A model generated the notes under the pieces. It worked only from the letters and a program-made list of their open reading frames with translations, was not told where the DNA came from and ran no database searches. A program made the translations under genes and the position numbers. From Deinococcus radiodurans R1 = ATCC 13939 = DSM 20539 (GTDB lineage: Bacteria; Deinococcota; Deinococci; Deinococcales; Deinococcaceae), in NCBI RefSeq assembly GCF_000008565.1, contig NC_001263.1, forward strand, positions 1,057,360 to 1,089,359: a stretch of 32,000 bases of DNA, written 5' to 3'. Positions 9,384 to 17,438 of the stretch are shown in pieces (the stretch's first letter is position 1; the number at the start of each line of letters is the position of its first letter).

Positions 9384-9413
9384 AGTGTAGCCGCCGCAGC
9401 GCAGCGGGGTCAA
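9384..9413 (-). promoter_or_regulatory. promoter of the aspS2 leader (-35 TTGACC, 18 nt, -10 TACACT)
   Basis: Minus strand has TTGACC at 9413..9408 and TACACT at 9389..9384. The leader ATG follows 7 nt downstream. Confidence 0.6.
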
Positions 9414-9466
9414 AGGGGGCGGCTAGGCAGGGGGGAGTGAGGAAAAAATTTGGTTTGCGGACTCCC

Positions 9467-10750
9467 TCACCCCGCCTTCCGCACCTCCGGTACGTTGCGG
9501 ACCAGCACCACGCCGAGCAGGAAAAACAGCGCCGCGCTGCCGAAGACGAGCACATACCCGAAGTTGTCGCCGTGCCGGTTGCCCCAGTCGAGGAGTGCGC
9601 CCATCGGCAGGTTGACGAACTGCGGCGCGACGAAGGCGACGTGCCAGATGCCCATGTCGCGGGCGTAGCTGCTGCGGCTCGGCATGGCGTCGGCGCCCAG
9701 CGCCCAGTCCACGCTGGTAAACGCCCCGAAGCCCAAGCCGAAGCAAAACGCCAGCAGCAGCGCGAAGGTGAAGCTCGGCGCGACGAGCAGCAGCAGCGCC
9801 GTGACCGTCATGACCGTGCCTGCGAAATAAATGACCGGCTTGCGCCCGATGCGGTCACTCAGCCGCCCGCCCACCACGGCGGAGATGATGGACGCGATGA
9901 CGATGCACGCGAGCAGCAGGGAACTGCTCATCACCGGGTCTTTTTGCCGCAGCACGTCGCCTGCGTAGAACTGCAAAAACGGCTGCACGCTGTACTGCCC
10001 GAGTGCGAACAGCACCCGCGTGATAAACACCCATTTGAACGGCGCGTAGGCGAACAGCTCGCGCCAGGGGAGCACCTCACCCGGCGCGGCGGGGGCCACC
10101 GCTTCGGCCTGCTCCACCACCCCCCGGATAGTGATAACTGCCGCCACGAGCAGCAGCGCCGCCATCAGCACAAAGGGGAGGCTCGCCCCGTAGTGGCTGC
10201 CGATGGCGACGCCCGCCGCCGCGCCCAGCAGTTGCCCCAGCGCTTGCAAGGTGCCCATCGCCCCGCTGTAGCGCCCGCGCTGCTCCGGCGGCACGAGCTG
10301 CGGAATCAGGGCCGAATACGGCGCGGTGGCGTAGTTGTTGCCGAACTGCACCAGCACGAAGCCGAGCACGTATACCCAGAAGCCCGTACTCCCGGCGAGC
10401 AGGCCCACCGCCGCGCCCATCACCGCCAGCCCCGCCACGTTGATGCCCACGCCCAGGCGCAGGTAAGGCAGCCGCCGCCCCGTCTTGTCCGAGTGCGCCC
10501 CCACCAGCGGCGGCACGACCAGCGCAATCGCCGCGCCGATGGCCCCCAGCAGCCCCAGGTACGTGCCCTTGTGCGCCGCGCCCATGAACCCCACCACATG
10601 CGCAGGCATGTAGATGGTCAGCAGCATCAGCCACAGGAAGGCCGTTCCGAACCAGAACGCCGACAGCACCCAGGGGCTGGGCAATGGGGGGCTGGGCAAC
10701 GGGGAATGGGGCAAGGCAGCGGCGGGCCGCGCAGCAGGAGGAAGTGTCAT
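9467..10750 (-). CDS. MFS transporter, 427 aa
   Basis: About 12 predicted hydrophobic helices. The MFS loop motif ...[12 protein letters not shown]... lies between TM2 and TM3. ATG 10750 (MTLPPAARP...) chosen. The stop lies in a GGGGTGAGGGAG motif. Confidence 0.9.
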   Translation of the reverse strand: MTLPPAARPAAALPHSPLPSPPLPSPWVLSAFWFGTAFLWLMLLTIYMPAHVVGFMGAAHKGTYLGLLGAIGAAIALVVPPLVGAHSDKTGRRLPYLRLGVGINVAGLAVMGAAVGLLAGSTGFWVYVLGFVLVQFGNNYATAPYSALIPQLVPPEQRGRYSGAMGTLQALGQLLGAAAGVAIGSHYGASLPFVLMAALLLVAAVITIRGVVEQAEAVAPAAPGEVLPWRELFAYAPFKWVFITRVLFALGQYSVQPFLQFYAGDVLRQKDPVMSSSLLLACIVIASIISAVVGGRLSDRIGRKPVIYFAGTVMTVTALLLLVAPSFTFALLLAFCFGLGFGAFTSVDWALGADAMPSRSSYARDMGIWHVAFVAPQFVNLPMGALLDWGNRHGDNFGYVLVFGSAALFFLLGVVLVRNVPEVRKAG

Positions 10751-10775
10751 GTGGGGAACAGTGTAGGGAGTTGCG

Positions 10776-11768
10776 TCAGTCCTGTGCCAACGTCCGAACC
10801 TGCTCCCCGAGGCCGCCCCACACCATCTCAATGAACGCCGGTTCGGGCTGGAACCCCAGCCGTGTGTTGATGGCGAGCATGGGCGCGTTGGCGGTCGCGT
10901 TGTGGGTCACGACCCGGCGGATGCCCTGGGCGTGCGCGAGGTTCAGCGAGTGGCGTTTGAGCGCCAGCGCCAGCCCCCGGCGACGGTGCGCGCGGGCGGT
11001 GCCGGTCAGGCCGGTGTTCAGCGCGTGCGGGTCGGCGAGGTCGCGCCACAGTTCGGTGAGCGCCGCCACCTCGCCCGCCTGCGTGACTGCCAGCCAGAGG
11101 CCGTCCGGGAAGAAGGTGGGGTGCTGCACGTAGGCCCGAATGTCGTCCAGGCTGTACGGCTGCGCGGGAATGCGGCGCGGCTCGTCGGCGCGGGCCTCGT
11201 TGAAGGTGCGGCGGAAGGCGCCCAGCGCGGGCGTCTCCCCGAGGTCGGCCACGAAGTCCGGCAGGCTCCGCAGGCGGTATCCGGCGGGCAGGTCGGCGGG
11301 TTGCGACGTCCAGGTGGTCAAGTCCAGGACGTTGGTGAACTCGCGTTCCAGTTCGCTGAACCCGCGCGCTTGCAGGAAGGCGACGGCGTGCGGCTCGTCC
11401 TCCCGCGCGCCGGCCAGCACTTCGCGGGCGCCGCGTTCCTTCAGATGGGTGCGTACCGTCGCCGCCAGCACCGCGCCGACACCCCGTCGCCCGTGCTCCG
11501 GCGGCACTGTGACCGTGACGTTGTAGCGGTCGGGCTGGTGCGACCCGGCCCACTGCGTGACACCCGCGAAGCCCACGATTTTACTGCCGCGCTCGGCCAC
11601 CCACTGCGCCAGGTGCAGGCCCTTGGGGTGGGTGCGGGTGTTCTCGGCGGCGACCCGCAGTTGCTCGGCGGTCACCGTCTGGCCGGGCCGCGCGGCGGTG
11701 AGGACGGCCCCGACCGCCGGATAATCGGCTTCCGTCGCTTCTCTGATGTGAACTGTCCTGTCGTTCAT
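10776..11768 (-). CDS. two-domain GNAT family N-acetyltransferase, 330 aa
   Basis: Two acetyl-CoA binding motifs ([17 protein letters not shown]). Paralogous to the upstream gene. ATG 11768 overlaps the restored stop of that gene (ATGA). Confidence 0.9.
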   Translation of the reverse strand: MNDRTVHIREATEADYPAVGAVLTAARPGQTVTAEQLRVAAENTRTHPKGLHLAQWVAERGSKIVGFAGVTQWAGSHQPDRYNVTVTVPPEHGRRGVGAVLAATVRTHLKERGAREVLAGAREDEPHAVAFLQARGFSELEREFTNVLDLTTWTSQPADLPAGYRLRSLPDFVADLGETPALGAFRRTFNEARADEPRRIPAQPYSLDDIRAYVQHPTFFPDGLWLAVTQAGEVAALTELWRDLADPHALNTGLTGTARAHRRRGLALALKRHSLNLAHAQGIRRVVTHNATANAPMLAINTRLGFQPEPAFIEMVWGGLGEQVRTLAQD

Positions 11769-12729
11769 AGCTTCCCCCAGCGGTATTCCACGTAGCCCAC
11801 GTCGTTCTGAAAGCCCAGCCGCCTGTTCAGCGTCACATGGGCGCGTTGCCGCTCTCGGCATTGGTGGTGATGCGCCGGACGCCCTGCGCGTGGGCGTCGC
11901 GCATCGCCGCCACCTTCAGGGCCAGCGCCAGCCCACGCCGCCGCCACTCACGCCGCACGCCGGTAAAGCCGATGCTCAGGCGGGTTGGGTCGTCCTCCCA
12001 GGACTTGAGTTCGGTGAAGGCGGCGGCCTGACCGTCCGGTATCAGGGCGAACAGGACGCCGCCGGGCCGGAAATGCTCATCCTCGGTGCGTTTGCGGAAC
12101 TGTTCGAGGTCGGGCAGCGTGCGCGGCGCAGGGGCGGGCACGTCGGGAACGGTGGCGCAGTACACGTCGTAATAGGTGCTCAGCGCGGCGTCCTCCCCCT
12201 GTTCGGCTCGCAAGTCAGCATAGGAGGCCACACGCACACCAGCGGGAAGCGGCGCCGACCACGCGCCGAAATCAAACGCGGTCAGGTCAAGGTGGCTGTC
12301 AAAGTACCGCTGCACCTCCTCCAACCCGCAGCGCCGCAGCAGCCCGCAGCGGGCGGCGGGGTCGTCCTCGTACATCCCGGACAGCACTTCGCGGGCGCCG
12401 CGTTCCGTCAGGTGTGCCCGCAGTGTCTCTGCCAGCGCCGTGCCGAGGCCCTGCCCGCGCCCGCGTTCCAGCACCTGCACCTCGGCGTGATAGCGGTCGG
12501 GGTGGAACAGGCCCGCGTACTGAATGACACTCGCGTAGGCCAGAGTCTCGCCGCCGAGTTCGGCCACCCAGTACGCCTCGTGCAGCCCCAGCGGGTGGTC
12601 GCGCGCCTCCTGCATCTCGCGGGCAAAAGTCTCGGCGGTCATCGGATGGTTGGGGTTCAGCGCCGTCTGAATCGCCGCCATCGCGGGAATGTCGGCGTCG
12701 GTGGCGGGGCGAAGGGTGAATGGCGTCAT
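11765..12729 (-). pseudogene. two-domain GNAT N-acetyltransferase, paralog, with an apparent 1-nt frameshift near the 3' end
   Basis: The frame stops at ...TTNAESGNAPM* (11833). The next frame continues (L)[22 protein letters not shown] to 11765, which aligns with the paralog's ...[27 protein letters not shown]. Confidence 0.85.
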
Positions 12730-12821
12730 GGTGACATGCTCGCACTGGGAGTAGGCGCCGCGCTTACGCCGAATGGCGGAGCACCGCGTTTGGCAGCGAC
12801 CCCTGGGCCGAACGTTTCAGG

Positions 12822-12827
12822 CATCCT
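12822..12827 (+). promoter_or_regulatory. -10-like CATCCT, 6 nt before ATG 12834
   Basis: CATCCT-gtcctc-ATG with no SD. Confidence 0.35.
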
Positions 12828-12833
12828 GTCCTC

Positions 12834-13436
12834 ATGCCTTTTCCCACCCCCGAGGCCGCCGAAGCCCTCTTGCTGGAAGCCGCGACTTGCAACGCCGGGG
12901 CCTGGGTCGCCCACTCACGGAATGTGGCGCTGGCGGCGCAACGGATTGCCGAGCATCACCCCGACCTCGACCCTGCGCGGGCGCACACGCTGGGGCTGCT
13001 GCACGACATCGGGCGCCGAACCGGACCGAACAAGGACCGGCACATTCTGGACGGCTACGAGCAGCTTCTCGCGCTCGGATATGCGGATGCGGCGCGGGTC
13101 GCGTTGACCCACAGCTTTGTCATCCCTTCGCTCGACACCCTGCAAGGCGAGTGGGACGGCACCCCCGCCGAGTGGGAGCGGCTGCGGGTCGCCCTGGATG
13201 AGGCCCAGCAAACGGAAGAAGACAGCCTGCTGCAACTGTGTGACGCCCTGGCCCTCGCCGACGGCTTTTGCACCGTGCAGGAAAGGGTGGTGGACGTGGC
13301 CCTGCGCTACAGCGTCAATGAAACGACGCCAGAGAAATGGCGGGCGCTCCTTAACCTCAAGAGCCACTTCGACGAGGCGTGCGGCGTCAACATCTACCGC
13401 CTGCTGCCGGGTCTTTGTGAACGGCTCCTCGCCTGA
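12834..13436 (+). CDS. HD domain-containing phosphohydrolase-like protein, 200 aa
   Basis: H...LLHDIGR motif and an all-helical pattern. Confidence 0.88.
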   Translation: MPFPTPEAAEALLLEAATCNAGAWVAHSRNVALAAQRIAEHHPDLDPARAHTLGLLHDIGRRTGPNKDRHILDGYEQLLALGYADAARVALTHSFVIPSLDTLQGEWDGTPAEWERLRVALDEAQQTEEDSLLQLCDALALADGFCTVQERVVDVALRYSVNETTPEKWRALLNLKSHFDEACGVNIYRLLPGLCERLLA

Positions 13437-13437
13437 T

Positions 13438-13511
13438 ACGTGCTGCGTCCAATTCCCTAAAACCCGGAAAAGCGCCGGATTGGAGTCCATTTCCCACAGC
13501 ACGTATTTTTT
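13438..13511 (+). terminator. long nested hairpin plus T-run (terminator-like)
   Basis: Three nested inverted repeats: ACGTGCTG (13438..13445)/CAGCACGT (13497..13504), TCCAAT (13448..13453)/ATTGGA (13479..13484), and CCGG/CCGG. These are followed by a T6 run at 13506..13511. The structure starts 2 nt after the HD-gene stop. Confidence 0.5.
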
Positions 13512-13534
13512 GCCACTCGCTCCGCTCCGGTTTC

Positions 13535-13553
13535 ATCGCTCAAACTGAGCGAT
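13535..13553. promoter_or_regulatory. perfect palindrome ATCGCTCA-aac-TGAGCGAT upstream of meaB
   Basis: 8-bp arms with a 3-nt spacer, ending 21 nt upstream of the TATCCT -10 box at 13575. Possible operator. Confidence 0.35.
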
Positions 13554-13574
13554 TCAACCGCAATTCGTATGACT

Positions 13575-13580
13575 TATCCT
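13575..13580 (+). promoter_or_regulatory. -10 box TATCCT, 6 nt before ATG 13587
   Basis: TATCCT-cctccc-ATG. This favours 13587 (MSATPPP...) over ATG 13569 as the meaB start. Confidence 0.45.
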
Positions 13581-13586
13581 CCTCCC

Positions 13587-14553
13587 ATGTCCGCTACCCC
13601 GCCCCCCGCCTCTCACCCGCTCGCCGCGCCGCTGCTCTCGGGGTCGCGCCGCGCCCTGGCGAAGGCGATTACGCTCGTCGAGTCCCGTCGCCCCGCCCAC
13701 GAGCAGGAGGCGCAGGCTTTGCTGACCGAGCTGCTGCCCCACGCCGGCAGGTCGCTGCGCGTCGGTCTGACGGGAGTGCCGGGAGTAGGCAAAAGCACGC
13801 TGATTGAGGCTTTGGGTCTGTTTCTGGCAGACGCTGGGCACCGGGTGGCGGTGCTGGCGGTGGACCCGTCGAGCCAGCGCACCGGCGGCAGCATCATGGG
13901 CGATAAGACGCGCATGCCCCGGCTTACTGTGCACGAGGGCGCCTTTATTCGCCCCAGTCCGTCGGGCGGCACCCTCGGCGGCGTGGCGCGGCGTACCCGA
14001 GAAACCATCACGCTCTGCGAGGCGGCGGGCTACGACGTGTTGCTCATAGAAACGGTGGGCGTCGGCCAGTCCGAGACGCAGGTGGCGGGCATGACCGACC
14101 TTTTCGTGCTGCTTACCCTGCACGGTGCGGGCGACGAGCTTCAGGGCATCAAGCGCGGCATCATGGAACTCGCCGACCTGTGCGTGGTGAACAAGGCCGA
14201 CACCAACCCCAGAGCCGCCATTCGCGCCCAGACCGAGTTGCGCTCGGCCCTCACGCTGCTGACCCCCCACGACGCTCCCTGGCGCCCCGCCGCGCTGCGG
14301 GCCTCGGCGGTCACGGGCGAAGGCATTCCCGAGCTGTGGGCCAAAGTGCAGGAGTACGCGGAAACGGTGGACCTCGCCGCCAAACGCCGCGCCCAGACCG
14401 CCGTGTGGTTCGACGACCTGTGCGCGAGGCGGTGTGGCGGGCCTTCCTGAGTGAGCAAGACCCGGCGCGGTGCGCGAACTGCGGGCGCAAGTCGAGCGCG
14501 GCGAAAAGGCGGCGGTGGCAGCGGTGGGCGAGGCCGTCAGTCCCCAGACGTAG
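13587..14553 (+). pseudogene. meaB: MeaB/ArgK-type G3E GTPase (methylmalonyl-CoA mutase chaperone) with two apparent 1-nt frameshifts in the last ~45 codons
   Basis: P-loop GVPGVGKST, ...DPSS..TGGSILGDKTRM-like segment, and NKAD. The as-is ORF ends at 14450 (...[15 protein letters not shown]). The family-typical tail [16 protein letters not shown] / VRELRAQVERGEKAAVAAVGEAVSPQT* lies in the other two frames, ending at TAG 14551..14553. Confidence 0.85.
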
Positions 14554-14584
14554 ACGGCCCGCCCCCTGTTCCCTGGCGGCCCGC

Positions 14585-14590
14585 TATCTT
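14585..14590 (+). promoter_or_regulatory. -10 box TATCTT, 6 nt before ATG 14597
   Basis: TATCTT-ccccct-ATG with no SD. Confidence 0.45.
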
Positions 14591-14596
14591 CCCCCT

Positions 14597-15586
14597 ATGT
14601 CTGAAACGATGAAGGCTATTGTGGTCGAGCGCATTGGCACGCCCGACGTAATGGAACTGCGCGAAGTCCCCCGCCCCGCCCCCCGCGCCGGGCAGGTGCT
14701 GCTGAGAGTCGAAGCGGTCGGCGTGAACTTTGCCGACGCCCTGAGCGTGGGCGGACAGTACCTGACGGCGACCAAGGTGCCCTACGTGCCCGGCATGGAA
14801 CTCGCCGGCACGGTCGTCGAACTCGGCGAAGGGGTCACGAACGTGCAGGTCGGCCAGCGCGTCGCGGCCCTCGGCGGCACGGGCGGCCTCGCCGAGTACG
14901 CGGCGGTCCCGGCGGCGGGCGTGGTGCCGGTGCCCGAGTCGTTTACCCCCGCGCAGGCGGCGGCGTTTCCGGTGTCGTTCATGACCGCCTACCACGCGCT
15001 CAAAACTCTGGGGCGCGGCGAAGCGGGCGAATGGGTGCTGGTGCAGGCGGCAGCAGGGGCGCTGGGCACGGCGTCGGTGCAGCTCGCCAAGGCGCTCGGC
15101 ATGAACGTGATTGCCCTCGCCAGCACCGAGGAAAAACTGCAACTCGCCCGCAACCTCGGCGCCGACGTGACGATTTTGCAGGACGACCCCGACCGCGTGC
15201 AGAAAGTCCGTGACGCAGCGGGCGGCAAGGGCGTGCCCCTGCTGCTCGAAGTCGTGGGGGGCTCGCGCTTCGACGAAAGCTTGAAGATGGTTGCGCCGCT
15301 TGGCCGCATCATCTTCATCGGCAACGCCAGCCGCGAGGAAGTGAGCATGAACCCCGCCGCCCTGATGAAGCGCAACGTCAGCGTAATCGGGCTGTGGCTC
15401 ACCTCGCTGATGCTCGACGCCGAAGTCTCCGCCGCCGCTTCCCAGGGTCTCGCCCCGCTGATCGCCAGCGGCAAGGTCGTGCCGCAGGTCGGCCCCAGCT
15501 ACGGCCTCGCCGACAGCTCGCGCGCCTTTCAGGACATCCTGGACCGCAAGACGACCGGCAAAGTCGTGATCGAGCCGCAGCGCTGA
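14597..15586 (+). CDS. NADPH:quinone oxidoreductase / zeta-crystallin-type MDR, 329 aa
   Basis: MKAIVVERIGTPDVMEL..., a nucleotide-binding AAAGALG motif, and no zinc-ligand pattern. Confidence 0.92.
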   Translation: MSETMKAIVVERIGTPDVMELREVPRPAPRAGQVLLRVEAVGVNFADALSVGGQYLTATKVPYVPGMELAGTVVELGEGVTNVQVGQRVAALGGTGGLAEYAAVPAAGVVPVPESFTPAQAAAFPVSFMTAYHALKTLGRGEAGEWVLVQAAAGALGTASVQLAKALGMNVIALASTEEKLQLARNLGADVTILQDDPDRVQKVRDAAGGKGVPLLLEVVGGSRFDESLKMVAPLGRIIFIGNASREEVSMNPAALMKRNVSVIGLWLTSLMLDAEVSAAASQGLAPLIASGKVVPQVGPSYGLADSSRAFQDILDRKTTGKVVIEPQR

Positions 15587-16185
15587 AGCTGGCAAAAAGG
15601 GGGCGGGCCGTGGAAACTTCCAGGCCCGCCCCTTTTTCCCTCCCTTAGAGCATTTGACAGAATGATCTGGGCTGTCGTTGACCCTCTACCTTGATGGGAG
15701 AGGGCCTTGCGACGCAAGGGGTGAGGGTGTCTTTTAAATGCCTCAGAGGTTGAAAAAGCGCACAGCGGACGCCACCAGGGAATCCCCGCCAGCGCGACCA
15801 CCAGCGACAGCGCCGTCCACAGCGCGGCGGCGCGGTACTTGCCCTGGTCGGTGGCGGCCTTGCGGCTTTGCACGCTGGCAAGTGTGGCGAACACGGCGGC
15901 CAGCACCCCCAGGGCCAGGTGTTCCCACTGGAAGCTCGCGCGCGGGGCGCTGGCAAAGACCGGCACCTTGTTCATGCCGAGGTACGCGAACAGCAGCAGC
16001 CCCAGCAGCAGTTGCAGGTGCACGCTGCCCATGAACATGCCCACCGGGCGGCGCTCGGCGGGGGTAAAGGGCCGCGAACCGTTCAGGCCCGGCACGTTTT
16101 GCAGCAGCGCCCAGATGCCAAAGATCAGCACCAGCCAGCGGTTGAGGTTGTGCAGGGTCAGCAGGATGACATAGACAGTCGCCAT
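15529..16185 (-). CDS. integral membrane protein (about 4 TM); 3' end uncertain
   Basis: Hydrophobic N-terminal ~145 aa (MATVYVILLTLHNLNRWLVLIFGIWALL...IPWWRP). The last ~72 codons are read through repeat copy B, the terminator, and 58 nt antisense to the convergent gene. Confidence 0.65.
   Translation of the reverse strand: MATVYVILLTLHNLNRWLVLIFGIWALLQNVPGLNGSRPFTPAERRPVGMFMGSVHLQLLLGLLLFAYLGMNKVPVFASAPRASFQWEHLALGVLAAVFATLASVQSRKAATDQGKYRAAALWTALSLVVALAGIPWWRPLCAFSTSEAFKRHPHPLRRKALSHQGRGSTTAQIILSNALREGKRGGPGSFHGPPPFCQLQRCGSITTLPVVLRSRMS
15594..15637. terminator. bidirectional intrinsic terminator
   Basis: AAAAA-GGGGCGGGCC-13-nt loop-GGCCCGCCCC-TTTTT. Perfect 10-bp stem. Confidence 0.85.
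15645..15749. repeat. mosaic small non-coding repeat, copy B (complete MITE-like unit, ~105 bp)
   Basis: Left terminus TTAGAGCATTTGACAG (15645..15660). Core TGACCCTCTACCTTGATGGGAGAGGGCCTTGCGACGCAAGGGGTGAGGGTG (15679..15729). Degenerate inverted right terminus TTTTAAATGCCTCAGAGG (15732..15749). Confidence 0.7.
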
Positions 16186-16191
16186 GCGGTC

Positions 16192-16197
16192 AGCTTA
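16192..16197 (-). promoter_or_regulatory. -10 box TAAGCT, 6 nt before ATG 16185
   Basis: Minus strand reads TAAGCT-gaccgc-ATG with no SD. Confidence 0.4.
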
Positions 16198-16255
16198 ACG
16201 GTTACCGGGCGGTCAGGGGGCAAACGGTTTGCTTATGCTCGGCAGATATCCCGCG

Positions 16256-17329
<1,074 letters not shown>

Positions 17330-17336
17330 GGGGGGG

Positions 17337-17345
17337 ATTGTAGCA
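17337..17345 (-). promoter_or_regulatory. extended -10 TGCTACAAT, 7 nt before GTG 17329
   Basis: Minus strand reads TGcTACAAT-ccccccc-GTG with no SD. Confidence 0.55.
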
Positions 17346-17360
17346 GGGGCGGGGCACGGT

Positions 17361-17388
17361 GCCCGCTGCCGATTGCCCGCTGCCGATT
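17361..17388. repeat. perfect 14-bp tandem direct repeat (GCCCGCTGCCGATT x2) in a divergent promoter region
   Basis: 17361..17374 is identical to 17375..17388. Confidence 0.9.
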
Positions 17389-17425
17389 GACCGCCGCTGA
17401 CCGTCCGCGCTTTTGACAAATGCTC

Positions 17426-17431
17426 TAGAGT
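17426..17431 (+). promoter_or_regulatory. -10 box TAGAGT, 7 nt before ATG 17439
   Basis: TAGAGT-gcccccc-ATG. It is embedded in TTTTGACAAATGCTCTAGAG (17411..17430), which resembles an inverted solo terminus of the repeat family. Confidence 0.45.
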
Positions 17432-17438
17432 GCCCCCC

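Noticed and set aside
9267-9466. T-box or other riboswitch as the regulator of the aspS2 leader.
   Set aside because: The leader is only about 110 nt. It has no specifier-loop/stem I architecture and no T-box consensus (AGGGUGGNACCGCG-like). The mini-ORF plus alternative hairpins explain the structure better.
13437-13586. Cobalamin riboswitch upstream of meaB.
   Set aside because: The region is too short, and no B12-box-like sequence is visible. The hairpin with a T-run is better read as the terminator of the preceding gene.
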